Source: Dehalococcoidia bacterium (GTDB taxonomy: Bacteria > Chloroflexota > Dehalococcoidia > Lucifugimonadales > UBA3495). From it: a DNA stretch of 64,000 nt. Below, one piece after another: positions 11,212-22,665 of the stretch. The position numbers were made by a program, and so were the translations under genes. Position 1 is the first letter of the stretch. Every line of letters begins with the position of its first letter. Below the pieces are notes generated by a model. That model did no database searches, was not told where the DNA came from, and saw only the letters and a list, made by a program, of their open reading frames with translations. The stretch spans positions 842,572 to 906,571 of the forward strand of contig OY763072.1 of NCBI GenBank assembly GCA_963666865.1. Reading direction: 5' to 3'.

Positions 11212-13680
11212 GTGCCGGACATCATCGCCTGGATCGCCGTCCTGTGGGCGCTGTCCCTGGTGGCGTTTCCTTTCGCGTCGGGCCTATGCGGGTTGGGGCG
11301 GTTGGCCGACCGAGGGTGGGCGGTATCCCGGGCGCTGGGGCTCCTCGCGTTGGGTTGGCTGCACTGGATCGGCGGAACCCTGGGAGTCATACCCAACTCG
11401 GCCGGCGGCATCGCCGGGGTGTTGGGGCTGTTGGCTATCGCGGCGGTGTGGCTGGCCTATCGACAGCGGGTGGAACTGGCCGATTTCTTCCGCCGCCGCT
11501 GGACGGTGGTGGCGGCCACCGAGCTGATGTTCCTGGCGGTGTTCGCTTTCTGGGCGCTGGTGATCAGCGAAGTCCCGGCCATCAATCACACCGAGAAACC
11601 CATGGACTTCGGCATCTTGAATGCCGTCGCCAACGCGGACGGGTTCCCACCGGAGGACCAGTGGCTTTCCGGTCACAGCATCGCCTACTACTACGGTGGA
11701 CACCACATGGCCGCGACGCTGGCGACGCTGACGGGAGTGGCTACCGATAAGGCGTACAACCTAGCGGTTGCGACGGTCCCAGCGATGCTGGCCGCCGGGT
11801 TGTTGGGGCTGGTGTACAACCTGCTGCGCTTTTCCGGCGCGCGGGTGGCTCCCGCGCTGGCGGTCGGCTCACTGGCGGCCCTGGGCGTGGTGATGCTGGG
11901 CAACCTGTCCGGCGTGCTGGAGCTGGCCTACGTCCGAGGAGTGGGCGGCGATTGGTTCTGGCAATGGGTGGGCATCAAGGGCCTGGAACCGCCGGCCGGT
12001 GGGGACGGTTGGTTGCCCGACGGTTTCTGGTGGTGGTGGCGCGGCACTCGGGTCATAGACACGCTGGCGGAAGGGGGCGCGTCGCTGGACTACACCATCA
12101 CGGAAGTTCCTTTCTTCAGCTTCCTGCTGGGAGACCTGCACGCCCACGTTACGTCTTTGCCTTTCACGGCGCTGGCCCTGTCCCTGGCCTTGGCCATGCT
12201 GGTGGCGGCGGAGCCGCCGGGGTTGGATTGGCTGCGCCGGCGTCCGGGAGAAGCCGCCGCGTTGGCGCTGACCCTTGGGGCGCTGGCATTCATCAACGCC
12301 TGGGACTTCCCGCTCTACGTAGCGATTGTGGCCATGGCCGCCACCGCGCATTGGTTGTCCTTTGGCCTGAGACCACAAGCTCCGGCTGCCTTTGATCTTT
12401 CAACCGGGGAAGGCTTATCCATCGGCAGCGCCTTGACGCAAGGGCTGGGTCGCGCGGCGTTACTGGCCATCGCATTGGCCGCCGCCGGGGTAGTGCTCTA
12501 CCTGCCTTTTTACGTATCCTTCGACAGCCAGGCCGGAGGTATTCTGCCCGTAACGGGTCCGGCGACGCGCCATTTCCTGTTCCTGGTGGTGATGGGAGTG
12601 CCGGCCGTGCTGGCGTCGGGTCTGGTGGCCCGGGCCGTGCTGGAAATGGGTTGGCCGACGGCGGAGTTGCGGAAACTGGGCTGGCCAGTATTGGCAGTGA
12701 GCCTCGCGCCCTTTTTCGTCTGGCTAATGGGGGTTGCCGTGTTGGTATCGGTTTCGACCAGCGACGTGAACCTGGCGGAAGGGTTGGTGTGGCGGCGTCT
12801 CACGCTGGCGGTACCCCTTCTGCTGGCGGGAGGACTGGCGGCGTATTGCGCTCTCGTGTTGTCCGCCGGACGCCGACCGATGCAGTGGCTCGTTTTCGCC
12901 CTGATCCTGGCGGCGGCCGGGTTCTATCTGCTGGCGGGCGCCGAGCTTTTTCGCATTTCCGACCTGTTCGGAAATCGGATGAACACCGTGTTCAAAGTGT
13001 ATTACCAGGCGTGGATCCTGTTGGGTATCGCCGGCGCCGTGGGGTTTTATTACATTGTGGCCGCTCCCATCCGGCGGCGGTGGGCGGATTACCGGGCCGG
13101 ACTATTGCGGGCCATTGGATTGGGATGGGCAGTGGTGGTTACGGCGCTGATGCTTGCATCCGCCTATTATCCTGTCGCGGCCGCGCTGGAACGGACGGGT
13201 TGGTTTCAGGACGGAGAAAGTTGGGCGGACAATACCCTCTCGGGACTGGATTACCTGCGACGCAGCGAGCCGGACGAGTATGACGCCATCAGGTGGCTGA
13301 ACACGTCGGCGGAACCCGGCCGCATCGTTGAAGCGGTCGGCGACGGGTACAGCGATTACGGAAGGATATCCGGCGCCACGGGCCGAGCCACGGTGCTAGG
13401 TTGGGAGGGTCATCAACAGCAATGGCGCGGCGAAGACCAGCGTAACCTGCTGGCCGGCCGGCGGCACGATGTAGCAACCATCTTTCAGGATGAGGACGGC
13501 ACCGAGGTGTTACGATTACTCCGGCTCTACGACGTGCGTTGGCTGGTGGTCGGTCCCCGCGAGCGGGAAACCTACGGCAGCGAAGTTGAGCAACGAATGG
13601 AGCAATGGGTTACGGAGGGATGGCTCACGCCGGAATTCTCATCCGGCGATATAGTCATCTACGAAGTCAGAAGTCAATGA
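11212..13680 (+). CDS. DUF2298 / Chlor_Arch_YYY-domain integral membrane protein (822 aa)
   Basis: Polytopic, with SIAYYYGGHH motif, long ORF, GTG start. Confidence 0.8.
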   Translation: MPDIIAWIAVLWALSLVAFPFASGLCGLGRLADRGWAVSRALGLLALGWLHWIGGTLGVIPNSAGGIAGVLGLLAIAAVWLAYRQRVELADFFRRRWTVVAATELMFLAVFAFWALVISEVPAINHTEKPMDFGILNAVANADGFPPEDQWLSGHSIAYYYGGHHMAATLATLTGVATDKAYNLAVATVPAMLAAGLLGLVYNLLRFSGARVAPALAVGSLAALGVVMLGNLSGVLELAYVRGVGGDWFWQWVGIKGLEPPAGGDGWLPDGFWWWWRGTRVIDTLAEGGASLDYTITEVPFFSFLLGDLHAHVTSLPFTALALSLALAMLVAAEPPGLDWLRRRPGEAAALALTLGALAFINAWDFPLYVAIVAMAATAHWLSFGLRPQAPAAFDLSTGEGLSIGSALTQGLGRAALLAIALAAAGVVLYLPFYVSFDSQAGGILPVTGPATRHFLFLVVMGVPAVLASGLVARAVLEMGWPTAELRKLGWPVLAVSLAPFFVWLMGVAVLVSVSTSDVNLAEGLVWRRLTLAVPLLLAGGLAAYCALVLSAGRRPMQWLVFALILAAAGFYLLAGAELFRISDLFGNRMNTVFKVYYQAWILLGIAGAVGFYYIVAAPIRRRWADYRAGLLRAIGLGWAVVVTALMLASAYYPVAAALERTGWFQDGESWADNTLSGLDYLRRSEPDEYDAIRWLNTSAEPGRIVEAVGDGYSDYGRISGATGRATVLGWEGHQQQWRGEDQRNLLAGRRHDVATIFQDEDGTEVLRLLRLYDVRWLVVGPRERETYGSEVEQRMEQWVTEGWLTPEFSSGDIVIYEVRSQ

Positions 13681-13713
13681 TACCCGGTACACACCGGCAA
13701 CCAGGAGGCAAAC

Positions 13714-14148
13714 ATGGAATTCAACGACGTAAGGCAGTTCTTTGCCAGCAACCACCGGGGCGTAATCAACACCTTCCGCCGGGACGGTTCGGCGCAGACC
13801 AGCATTGTGGTCTGCGGCGTGTCCCCCTTTGAGGGTGACGACGGGCCGATCTTCGTCACCGTCCGGGGCACATCCTACAAGGTGCGCAACCTGCGCCGGG
13901 ACAACCGTTGCAACGTGATGGCCGTGGCCGAGGACTGGCGGCAATTCGCGGTGGTGGAGGGCACGGTAACGCTGAACGACTACCAGAACACCGACGCCGA
14001 AGAGATGCGCCAGATGCTTCGCACCGCCTTCAGGGCCTGCGGCGACCACGAACACCCGGACTGGGAGGAGTACGACCGCGCCATGGTGCAGCAGGACGCG
14101 GTGATCGTGAGGCTCACGCCGGAGCGGGTGTACGGGCTGATACGGTAG
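13714..14148 (+). CDS. PPOX-class (probably F420-dependent) pyridoxamine 5'-phosphate oxidase family protein
   Basis: 144 aa; RGVINTFRRDGSAQTSIV...RNLRRDNRCNV pattern typical of this split-barrel family. Confidence 0.65.
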   Translation: MEFNDVRQFFASNHRGVINTFRRDGSAQTSIVVCGVSPFEGDDGPIFVTVRGTSYKVRNLRRDNRCNVMAVAEDWRQFAVVEGTVTLNDYQNTDAEEMRQMLRTAFRACGDHEHPDWEEYDRAMVQQDAVIVRLTPERVYGLIR

Positions 14149-14155
14149 CGCTGGG

Positions 14156-16396
<2,241 letters not shown>

Positions 16397-16515
16397 TCAT
16401 GAGCGTAGTAAGGGAAGGGGTTCAATAGGATGCTATGCTCTACAAGATCGGATAGGCAGTTAGGCACCATTTCACGGGGTCGCCGTTCCAGATCTCGCAG
16501 GAATCGGCCAGTGCA

Positions 16516-17304
16516 ATGTGTACATCATCATCACACAACAGGGCCATGGCTACCCTCAGCATCCTTGTCTGTGCAGACTACCCACGCGATTTGTCCTGCG
16601 GACATCGCCCACGTATTTTTGGGTGGATGAGACGCTGTAAGAAAACGGCGACCCTCGCTGAAGTCTGGCGCAACGATTGGACCCTAGTCAACGTCCGTTG
16701 TGAAGCCCACACCTTAAAGTGCCCCGAGTGGTGGCACACAGTTCCCATTCGGGACGCCGCCGCCCTCCAGCACCGCATGATCGCCATAGACATGATCCAG
16801 CGCGAGATCGATTGCTCCCTTAACTCTGATACCCCAGTCTCCAAGCGAGAGGCACTGAGCGATGCCATCCACATACTGAAGTCTGGTCTCCCGACGGCCT
16901 CGCAGCCACTCATAATCCCATATGCAAGGAGCGTCGATTCGAGGGGCTTGGTTACTCCCAGCCACATCGAAAAAAGGCAGCACCCACTCTGCGGGATCCG
17001 CTTCTATAGGAGCCCGAAAATATGCAAGAATAGAGCGACCCGCGCCGAGGTGCACGCGGTCTATGGGAATAGTGCCACAGTCCGTTGCGACGAGCACGAC
17101 TTCCTCGGTTTGAGGTCCGCTAAGTGGGATTACTTCGCGTCTATCGAGGATGCTGCCGAAGTCCAGATGCGGGCCATGGCCCTCGGGTTCCTAGAGTCCG
17201 AGAATAATTACCGCCTCGGCTCGGACGCTCCTGTCTCCCAAAGAGCGGCACTTCGCGAGGCCATGGACTGGCTTCTTAGGAAACTCTCTTCATATCGCCG
17301 CTAG
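16516..17304 (+). CDS. hypothetical protein made of two tandem copies of an unrecognised ~110-aa domain
   Basis: ATLAEVWRNDWTLVNVRCEAHTL...IRDAAALQHRMIAIDMIQ...SDTPVSKREALSDAIHIL aligns with ATRAEVHAVYGNSATVRCDEHDF...IEDAAEVQMRAMALGFLE...SDAPVSQRAALREAMDWL. Lower GC. Start uncertain (16516 or 16546). Confidence 0.5.
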   Translation: MCTSSSHNRAMATLSILVCADYPRDLSCGHRPRIFGWMRRCKKTATLAEVWRNDWTLVNVRCEAHTLKCPEWWHTVPIRDAAALQHRMIAIDMIQREIDCSLNSDTPVSKREALSDAIHILKSGLPTASQPLIIPYARSVDSRGLVTPSHIEKRQHPLCGIRFYRSPKICKNRATRAEVHAVYGNSATVRCDEHDFLGLRSAKWDYFASIEDAAEVQMRAMALGFLESENNYRLGSDAPVSQRAALREAMDWLLRKLSSYRR

Positions 17305-17342
17305 GATAACGGACGACAACCCGCCAAAAGGAGGCTTCCACC

Positions 17343-17873
17343 ATGCCCGCTGCCGCCGACGGCCTCATCTCCGCTTTGGAAAACAACTTCACCACCGTTG
17401 ACCTCGCGCTGAAAGATCTCACCGACGAGGAATTTCACCGCATCCCGGCGGACGACTGCAATTCGGTGGCCTGGATTCTCTGGCACCTGTCCCGGGTAAT
17501 AGACTCGTTCATCCACACCAGACTCCGGGACCTGCCCCAGCTGTGGGACGCCAACAACTGGGAGCGGCATTTCACCATGCCGGCCGATGGTGAAAGTCGC
17601 GGCTTGGGCTGGACGCACCAGATGGTATGCGACTGGCAACCCCCGGCCCGCAGCTTGCAAATGGACTACTTCGAGCAGGTCCGCACCGCCCTGCGGGAAT
17701 ACCTGCCATCGCTCACGGAAGCCCAGATGCAGCAGGCGAAGATCATCCCGCCGGTGTCGGAGCCGCGCAGCGTGGCGGCGGCGCTGGGGCAGATGACCTG
17801 GGACTGCGTTTCCCACGGCGGCCAGATCGCCTACCTGCGCGGGATGTACAAGGGCATGGGCTGGCACCGCTAG
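17343..17873 (+). CDS. DinB-family (four-helix bundle) protein
   Basis: 176 aa; WILWHLSRV and C-terminal H..G(Q)I.YLRG pattern. Confidence 0.65.
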   Translation: MPAAADGLISALENNFTTVDLALKDLTDEEFHRIPADDCNSVAWILWHLSRVIDSFIHTRLRDLPQLWDANNWERHFTMPADGESRGLGWTHQMVCDWQPPARSLQMDYFEQVRTALREYLPSLTEAQMQQAKIIPPVSEPRSVAAALGQMTWDCVSHGGQIAYLRGMYKGMGWHR

Positions 17874-17886
17874 GCGCCGGCCCGCT

Positions 17887-18918
17887 TCACCGCACCGGCG
17901 TTAGAGTGTCACGTAGAATACCCGCGCAGGTCTCCCACGAAAAATTCAGGGCGTATTCCCGAACTTGCTCGCGGTGGCACGCCATCGCCCGCCGGACTGC
18001 CGCGGCAAGGTCGTCGTCCAACGCGCCGGAAATGCCGTCGGCGACCACATCCCGTGGCCCGGTGACCGGGTAGGCCGCCACCGGCGTCCCGCAGGCCATG
18101 CTCTCGGTGATGACGTTGCCGAAGGTATCGGTGCGGCTGGGAAACACCATCACGTCGGCGGATGCGTAGAACTGGGCCAGCTCATGCCCGCGCTTGAAAC
18201 CGACAAAGGCGACCCGGTCGCCGTAGCGCTGTTCCAGTTCTTCCCGGTATGGGCCGTCCCCAACCACCCAGCAACGGTGGCCGGGGATTGACGCCAGTTC
18301 GCAAAATTCATCCACGCTCTTTTCCCGGCTGACGCGGCCAACGTACACCAGCGCGGCCTCTTTCGGGTTCGCCAGATCGTACCAACCTTCGGTGCGCGCC
18401 GACGGGTGGAACAGCGTCGAGTCGACACCGCGGGGCCATACCACCAGGTTGCTGAAACCTGATCTTTGCAGATCGTCCTTCACGCTCTGGGTCGGTGCCA
18501 GCGTATGTTCTGCGCCGCCGTGGAACCAGCGCATATACGCGGTCACCAGCCCGGAAGGAAATCCGTACATCTCCTTCACGTACTCCGGGAACCGGGTGTG
18601 GTAGCTGGTGGTGAAGCGAAAACCCCGGCGACCACACCAGAATCTAGCCACGGTTCCTAACGGTCCTTCGGTTGCGATGTGGACGAAATCGGGATTGATG
18701 TCGTCGAGGGCGCGGTAGATTCGCACCGGTTCTATCGCGAGCCGTACCTCCGAGTAACGGGGCAATCGCACGGTCCGGAACAGCGCGGGGTGGACCACAG
18801 TTACGTCAACATCCCGCTTTTCCAGTTGCGGTATGACGTTGTTGAAGGTGTTGACTACGCCGTTGACCTGTGGCGCCCAGGCGTCGGTGACCAGGGCCAA
18901 CCGGTATCGTTCAGCCAT
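17887..18918 (-). CDS. GT4-family glycosyltransferase
   Basis: 343 aa; N-terminal VTDAWAPQVNGVV and C-terminal E..G....E(S)MACG motif. Confidence 0.8.
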   Translation of the reverse strand: MAERYRLALVTDAWAPQVNGVVNTFNNVIPQLEKRDVDVTVVHPALFRTVRLPRYSEVRLAIEPVRIYRALDDINPDFVHIATEGPLGTVARFWCGRRGFRFTTSYHTRFPEYVKEMYGFPSGLVTAYMRWFHGGAEHTLAPTQSVKDDLQRSGFSNLVVWPRGVDSTLFHPSARTEGWYDLANPKEAALVYVGRVSREKSVDEFCELASIPGHRCWVVGDGPYREELEQRYGDRVAFVGFKRGHELAQFYASADVMVFPSRTDTFGNVITESMACGTPVAAYPVTGPRDVVADGISGALDDDLAAAVRRAMACHREQVREYALNFSWETCAGILRDTLTPVR

Positions 18919-18926
18919 TGGCGCGC

Positions 18927-19352
18927 TCAGGAAGGCCGGTCCCGACGCTCCTGCTCTCGCTCCTCCGCCTTGTCGCGCAGGGGACGCCCCTTGTCCGGGG
19001 TCGGGTCTTTCACCAGGCCGTAGATGGCGCGGCCTTCGTGGTCTTCAGGAAGATATTCCGTGATGGGCAGACCGCCCTCCGTCACGAAAAGCAGTCAATG
19101 ACAGTACTTGTAGATCTGCATATCGTCGCAGGCGCAGATCCAGGTGCGGTGCTTGATCTCCTCCGTCTTACAGGGGTAGAAGCGGCAGGGGCAGAGGGGT
19201 CGGCCGAGTTCATCAACGTTCTGGGCGAGGCCCAGGATTACGGATTCGGCGATTCCCTCTTCCGGGTGCGTGAATGTGCCCGACTTCTCGCAATAGCGTT
19301 CGACAAACAGGCGCATCCGCTGGATGGCTTTTTCACTGGGCTGGTCAGCCAA
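18927..19352 (-). CDS. ferredoxin-thioredoxin reductase catalytic-subunit-like protein; candidate selenoprotein (in-frame TGA 19097..19095)
   Basis: AAGGAG lies 7 nt before TTG 19352. ...GRPLCPCRFY..WICAC..YKYCH-TGA-LLFVTEGG... The frame stays open 55 more codons to TGA 18929..18927, 8 nt before the downstream GT start. The TGA replaces the last Cys of the FTR CHC(M/L)LF motif. Confidence 0.65.
19065..19077 (-). promoter_or_regulatory. candidate SECIS apical stem-loop
   Basis: mRNA GGGC-GGUCU-GCCC; loop at +25..+29 from the U of UGA. Extendable by further pairs with two 1-nt bulges. Confidence 0.4.
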
Positions 19353-19575
19353 TTCAATTCTCCTTGGTGTGTGCGGCTATAGTGTTTCAAACCCTTCGCA
19401 TGAGTGGTCGAAAACGTCGCTCAATGATAATGGGATATGTTCAACTCTGCAATGCCGCGCCGGTGTGCGGCGCGCCGGCTGCCTTGACGCCGAATGTTGC
19501 CGGGCCGACAATGTCTGTCGCGTTTGAAACGGCGCGACGCCCGATTTTGACATTCCGGCAGGAGGCCAAATCGAC

Positions 19576-20898
19576 GTGGATATAACCGTAATCGGCTTGG
19601 GTTACGTGGGCACGGTGGCCGCCGCCAGCCTGGCCGCCGCCGGGCACCGCGTGCTCGGGGTGGACATTGACCACGACCGGACAACTTTAATGCGGTCGGG
19701 CGCGATACCTTTCTACGAACCGGGGTTGCAGGAGATTATCCAATCCGCCGTAGCCACCGGCTGCCTGCGTTTCGCGCACCGTGACACCGTGGCCGGACCG
19801 TTAGGAGAGGTCGCGCTCATCGCCACCGGAACCCCGCAGACGGAAGGGGGAGCCGCCGACTTGAACCAGGTGCGTTCGGCGGTGTCCTGGATAAAGTCGC
19901 AGCCGTCCAGCAACCCGGTGATCGTGATGAAAAGCACGGTACCGCCGGGCACCGGACAACGCATCATCGAGCACGATTTGGCCGGCTCCGGGCTGCGCTA
20001 CGTTTCCAACCCCGAGTTCCTGCGGGAAGGGCAAGCGGTTGAAGACTGGCGGAACCCGGACCGCATCGTCGTCGGCGCCAATCCCGGCGACGGCGAAGCC
20101 ATCGCCGCGATCAAGGCCATGCACGTGGGCATCGAGGCGCCCTACATCATCACCGACATCACCAGCGCGGAGATGATCAAGTACGCCAGCAACGCCTTCC
20201 TCGCCACACGAATTTCCTTCATCAACGAGATAGCGTCCCTGTGCGACCGGGTGGGAGCGTCCATCGATGCCGTGAGCGACGGCATGGCCATGGATCCCCG
20301 TACCGGCGGACGCATTTACGCCGGCGTGGGATACGGCGGCTCGTGCTTCCCCAAGGACGTGCGCGCGCTGGACCACCTGGGCCTGACCAGCGGCGCCAAC
20401 GTGGAGCTGCTGCGCTCGGTCATCAACATCAACAACCGGCAAAGGCTGCTGCCGCTCTACGCCCTGCGCGAACGCTTTGACGCCAACATGGCCGGTCTGC
20501 GCGTCGCCGTGCTGGGACTGTCCTTCAAGCCCGATACCGACGACATCCGCGATGCTCCATCCCTCGACCTCATCCGGGCGCTGGTTGACGAGGGCGCCAT
20601 CGTGAGCGCCTATGACCCGGAGGCAATGGAGGCCGCCCGGCCACATCTGCCGCCCTCGGTACAGCTGGCCGAAAACGCCCTGGAAGCGGCCAACCAGGCG
20701 CAGGCCGTCGTCCTGATCACGGAATGGCGTCAGTTCGTCAACGCCGACTGGCGAGACATTGCCCGGTCCATGCGACCGCCTCGTTTCGTATTCGACGGGC
20801 GCAACGCACTGGATGCGGTGGATATGCAGCGACTCGGCTTTGAATATACCGGCGTGGGCCGCAACAACTTGAACGGGATAGGGGATGGTGGGCGGTAG
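19576..20898 (+). CDS. ugd: UDP-glucose 6-dehydrogenase
   Basis: 440 aa; VIGLGYVG Rossmann N-terminus and GGSCFPKD catalytic motif. GTG start. Confidence 0.9.
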   Translation: MDITVIGLGYVGTVAAASLAAAGHRVLGVDIDHDRTTLMRSGAIPFYEPGLQEIIQSAVATGCLRFAHRDTVAGPLGEVALIATGTPQTEGGAADLNQVRSAVSWIKSQPSSNPVIVMKSTVPPGTGQRIIEHDLAGSGLRYVSNPEFLREGQAVEDWRNPDRIVVGANPGDGEAIAAIKAMHVGIEAPYIITDITSAEMIKYASNAFLATRISFINEIASLCDRVGASIDAVSDGMAMDPRTGGRIYAGVGYGGSCFPKDVRALDHLGLTSGANVELLRSVININNRQRLLPLYALRERFDANMAGLRVAVLGLSFKPDTDDIRDAPSLDLIRALVDEGAIVSAYDPEAMEAARPHLPPSVQLAENALEAANQAQAVVLITEWRQFVNADWRDIARSMRPPRFVFDGRNALDAVDMQRLGFEYTGVGRNNLNGIGDGGR

Positions 20899-20962
20899 TG
20901 GACTCGAACCACTGACCTCTTGCGTGTCGAGCAAGTACTCTAACCAACTGAGCTAACCGCCC
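20886..20962 (-). tRNA. tRNA, anticodon GAC (Val) if the canonical 7-nt loop is assumed; CCA encoded
   Basis: Cloverleaf by hand: acceptor GGGCGGT/ACCGCCC, D arm GCTC..GAGT, anticodon stem CTTGC/GCAAG with loop TCGACAC, T arm AGTGG-TTCGAGT-CCACT, A73, CCA. Position 33 reads C, which is unusual. Confidence 0.8.
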
Positions 20963-21078
20963 GCATTCTGTTGCTGCATCATAGCATAGACCCTCATTGC
21001 CCTTCAATCGGCTGTTCAACATTTGGTAGCGTTCCGCATCAGGCGGTTTGATTTCGGTGGACGCCGTAGCTAGTCTGG

Positions 21079-21106
21079 GTAGGGGCGAATAATTATTCGC
21101 CCCTAC
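21079..21106. repeat. REP-like perfect palindrome GTAGGGGCGAATAATTATTCGCCCCTAC
   Basis: 28-nt perfect inverted repeat in the tRNA-pncB intergenic region. Shares GTAGGGGCG...CGCCCCTAC ends with the elements at 25.2 kb. Confidence 0.7.
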
Positions 21107-21237
21107 AGATTTCAGTCACCAAATCACAGCGTAACGTAGAGAACGCCGCCGGTTTGACACTGCCGCCGGCCCACCGGATAATGCTGGCATTCTCCGGTCT
21201 TTCGCCATCGATTTCTGCTGTCCGGTCAGGTCCTGCA

Positions 21238-22638
21238 ATGAGCACTCAAAGCGCCTCTACTTATCTGCCGGCGCCGGCCGGCGAGTTGGGTCTGCTCACG
21301 GATCTATACGAACTGACCATGGCTCAGTCGTACTTTGCCGAGGGAATGGACGGCGAAGCCACTTTCAGCCTCTATGTCCGCGAGTATCCGCCGGACCGAG
21401 GTTATCTGATCGCCGCCGGCGTTGACGACGCGCTTGACTGCCTTGCGGCATTGTCCTTCAATGCGGACAGCGTGGACTACCTGCGCGACACCGGCATCTT
21501 CACTGAGGATTTCCTCGAATACCTGGGGGATTTCCACTTCACCGGCTGCGTGCGAGCCATGCCGGAGGGCCGTCTCTTCTTCGCCGACGAACCAGCGCTG
21601 GAGGTGAGCGGGCCAATCATCGCGGCTCAGTTGGCGGAGACCATCGTCATCAACCAGATCCAGTACCAATCGTTGCTGGCCACCAAGTCGGCCCGGTGTG
21701 TCCAGGCGGCCCAGGGCCGGCCCATCGCCGATTTCGCCGCCCGGCGCACCCACGGCGGCGAAGCGGCGCTGCGCATGGCCCGCGTTTCGTACATCGCAGG
21801 ATTCGGGGCCACCAGCAACGTGCTGGCCGCCCGGCGGTACGGCATCCCGCCCACCGGCACCATGGCCCATTCCTACATCACCAGTTTCGACGACGAAGCC
21901 GACGCATTCCGCGCCTACTCCCGTATGTTCCCCGACCGGAGCATTCTGCTGTTGGATACCTACGACACCATCAACGCGGCCCACACGGCAGTCAACGTCG
22001 CCCGCGAGATGGAAGCCCAGGGAAATCGGCTGACCGGCGTGCGCCTGGACTCCGGCGATTTCTACGCGCTGAGCCGGCAGGTGCGCCGCATCCTTGACGA
22101 CGCCGGGTTGGACTACGTCCGCATCGTCGCCAGCGGCGGCTTGGACGAATACGCGCTGGAACGGCTCGTCCAGGGCGGCGCGCCCATCGATATGTTCGGC
22201 GTGGGCACACGGGTTGGGGTGTCCGCGGACGCTCCGTCGTGCGACATGGTGTACAAGATGGTGGGTTACAACGGCCGGCCGGTGATGAAACTCAGCGCGG
22301 GCAAGGCGTCGCTGCCCGGCGCCAAGCAGGTGTTTCGCCGGTATGACAGCGACGGAGTGATGGCGGGAGACGTTATAGGTCTTGACGGAGAGGAAGTTGG
22401 CGACTGTGAACCTCTGCTGGATACCGTGATGATTGACGGCGACCGCCTCAAACCACCGGAAAGCATCTCCGACGCCCGCCAGCGGGTCGCCCGTGGATTG
22501 GACGCACTGCCCGAGGAATATAAGAGCCTCCGTAGTCCGGCACGTTATACGGTATCCATCAGCGCCGGCCTGGAACGCCTGGAGGGGCGAATCCGCAAGG
22601 AGATTGCCACCCCCGCATCAAGTGCGCGGTCGCAATGA
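21238..22638 (+). CDS. pncB: nicotinate phosphoribosyltransferase
   Basis: LLTDLYELTMAQSYF N-terminus and MAHSY motif. ATG 21238 chosen within ORF 21154..22638. Confidence 0.85.
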   Translation: MSTQSASTYLPAPAGELGLLTDLYELTMAQSYFAEGMDGEATFSLYVREYPPDRGYLIAAGVDDALDCLAALSFNADSVDYLRDTGIFTEDFLEYLGDFHFTGCVRAMPEGRLFFADEPALEVSGPIIAAQLAETIVINQIQYQSLLATKSARCVQAAQGRPIADFAARRTHGGEAALRMARVSYIAGFGATSNVLAARRYGIPPTGTMAHSYITSFDDEADAFRAYSRMFPDRSILLLDTYDTINAAHTAVNVAREMEAQGNRLTGVRLDSGDFYALSRQVRRILDDAGLDYVRIVASGGLDEYALERLVQGGAPIDMFGVGTRVGVSADAPSCDMVYKMVGYNGRPVMKLSAGKASLPGAKQVFRRYDSDGVMAGDVIGLDGEEVGDCEPLLDTVMIDGDRLKPPESISDARQRVARGLDALPEEYKSLRSPARYTVSISAGLERLEGRIRKEIATPASSARSQ

Positions 22639-22665
22639 CAATGCTGCAGTAAGGAGCCTGATGCA

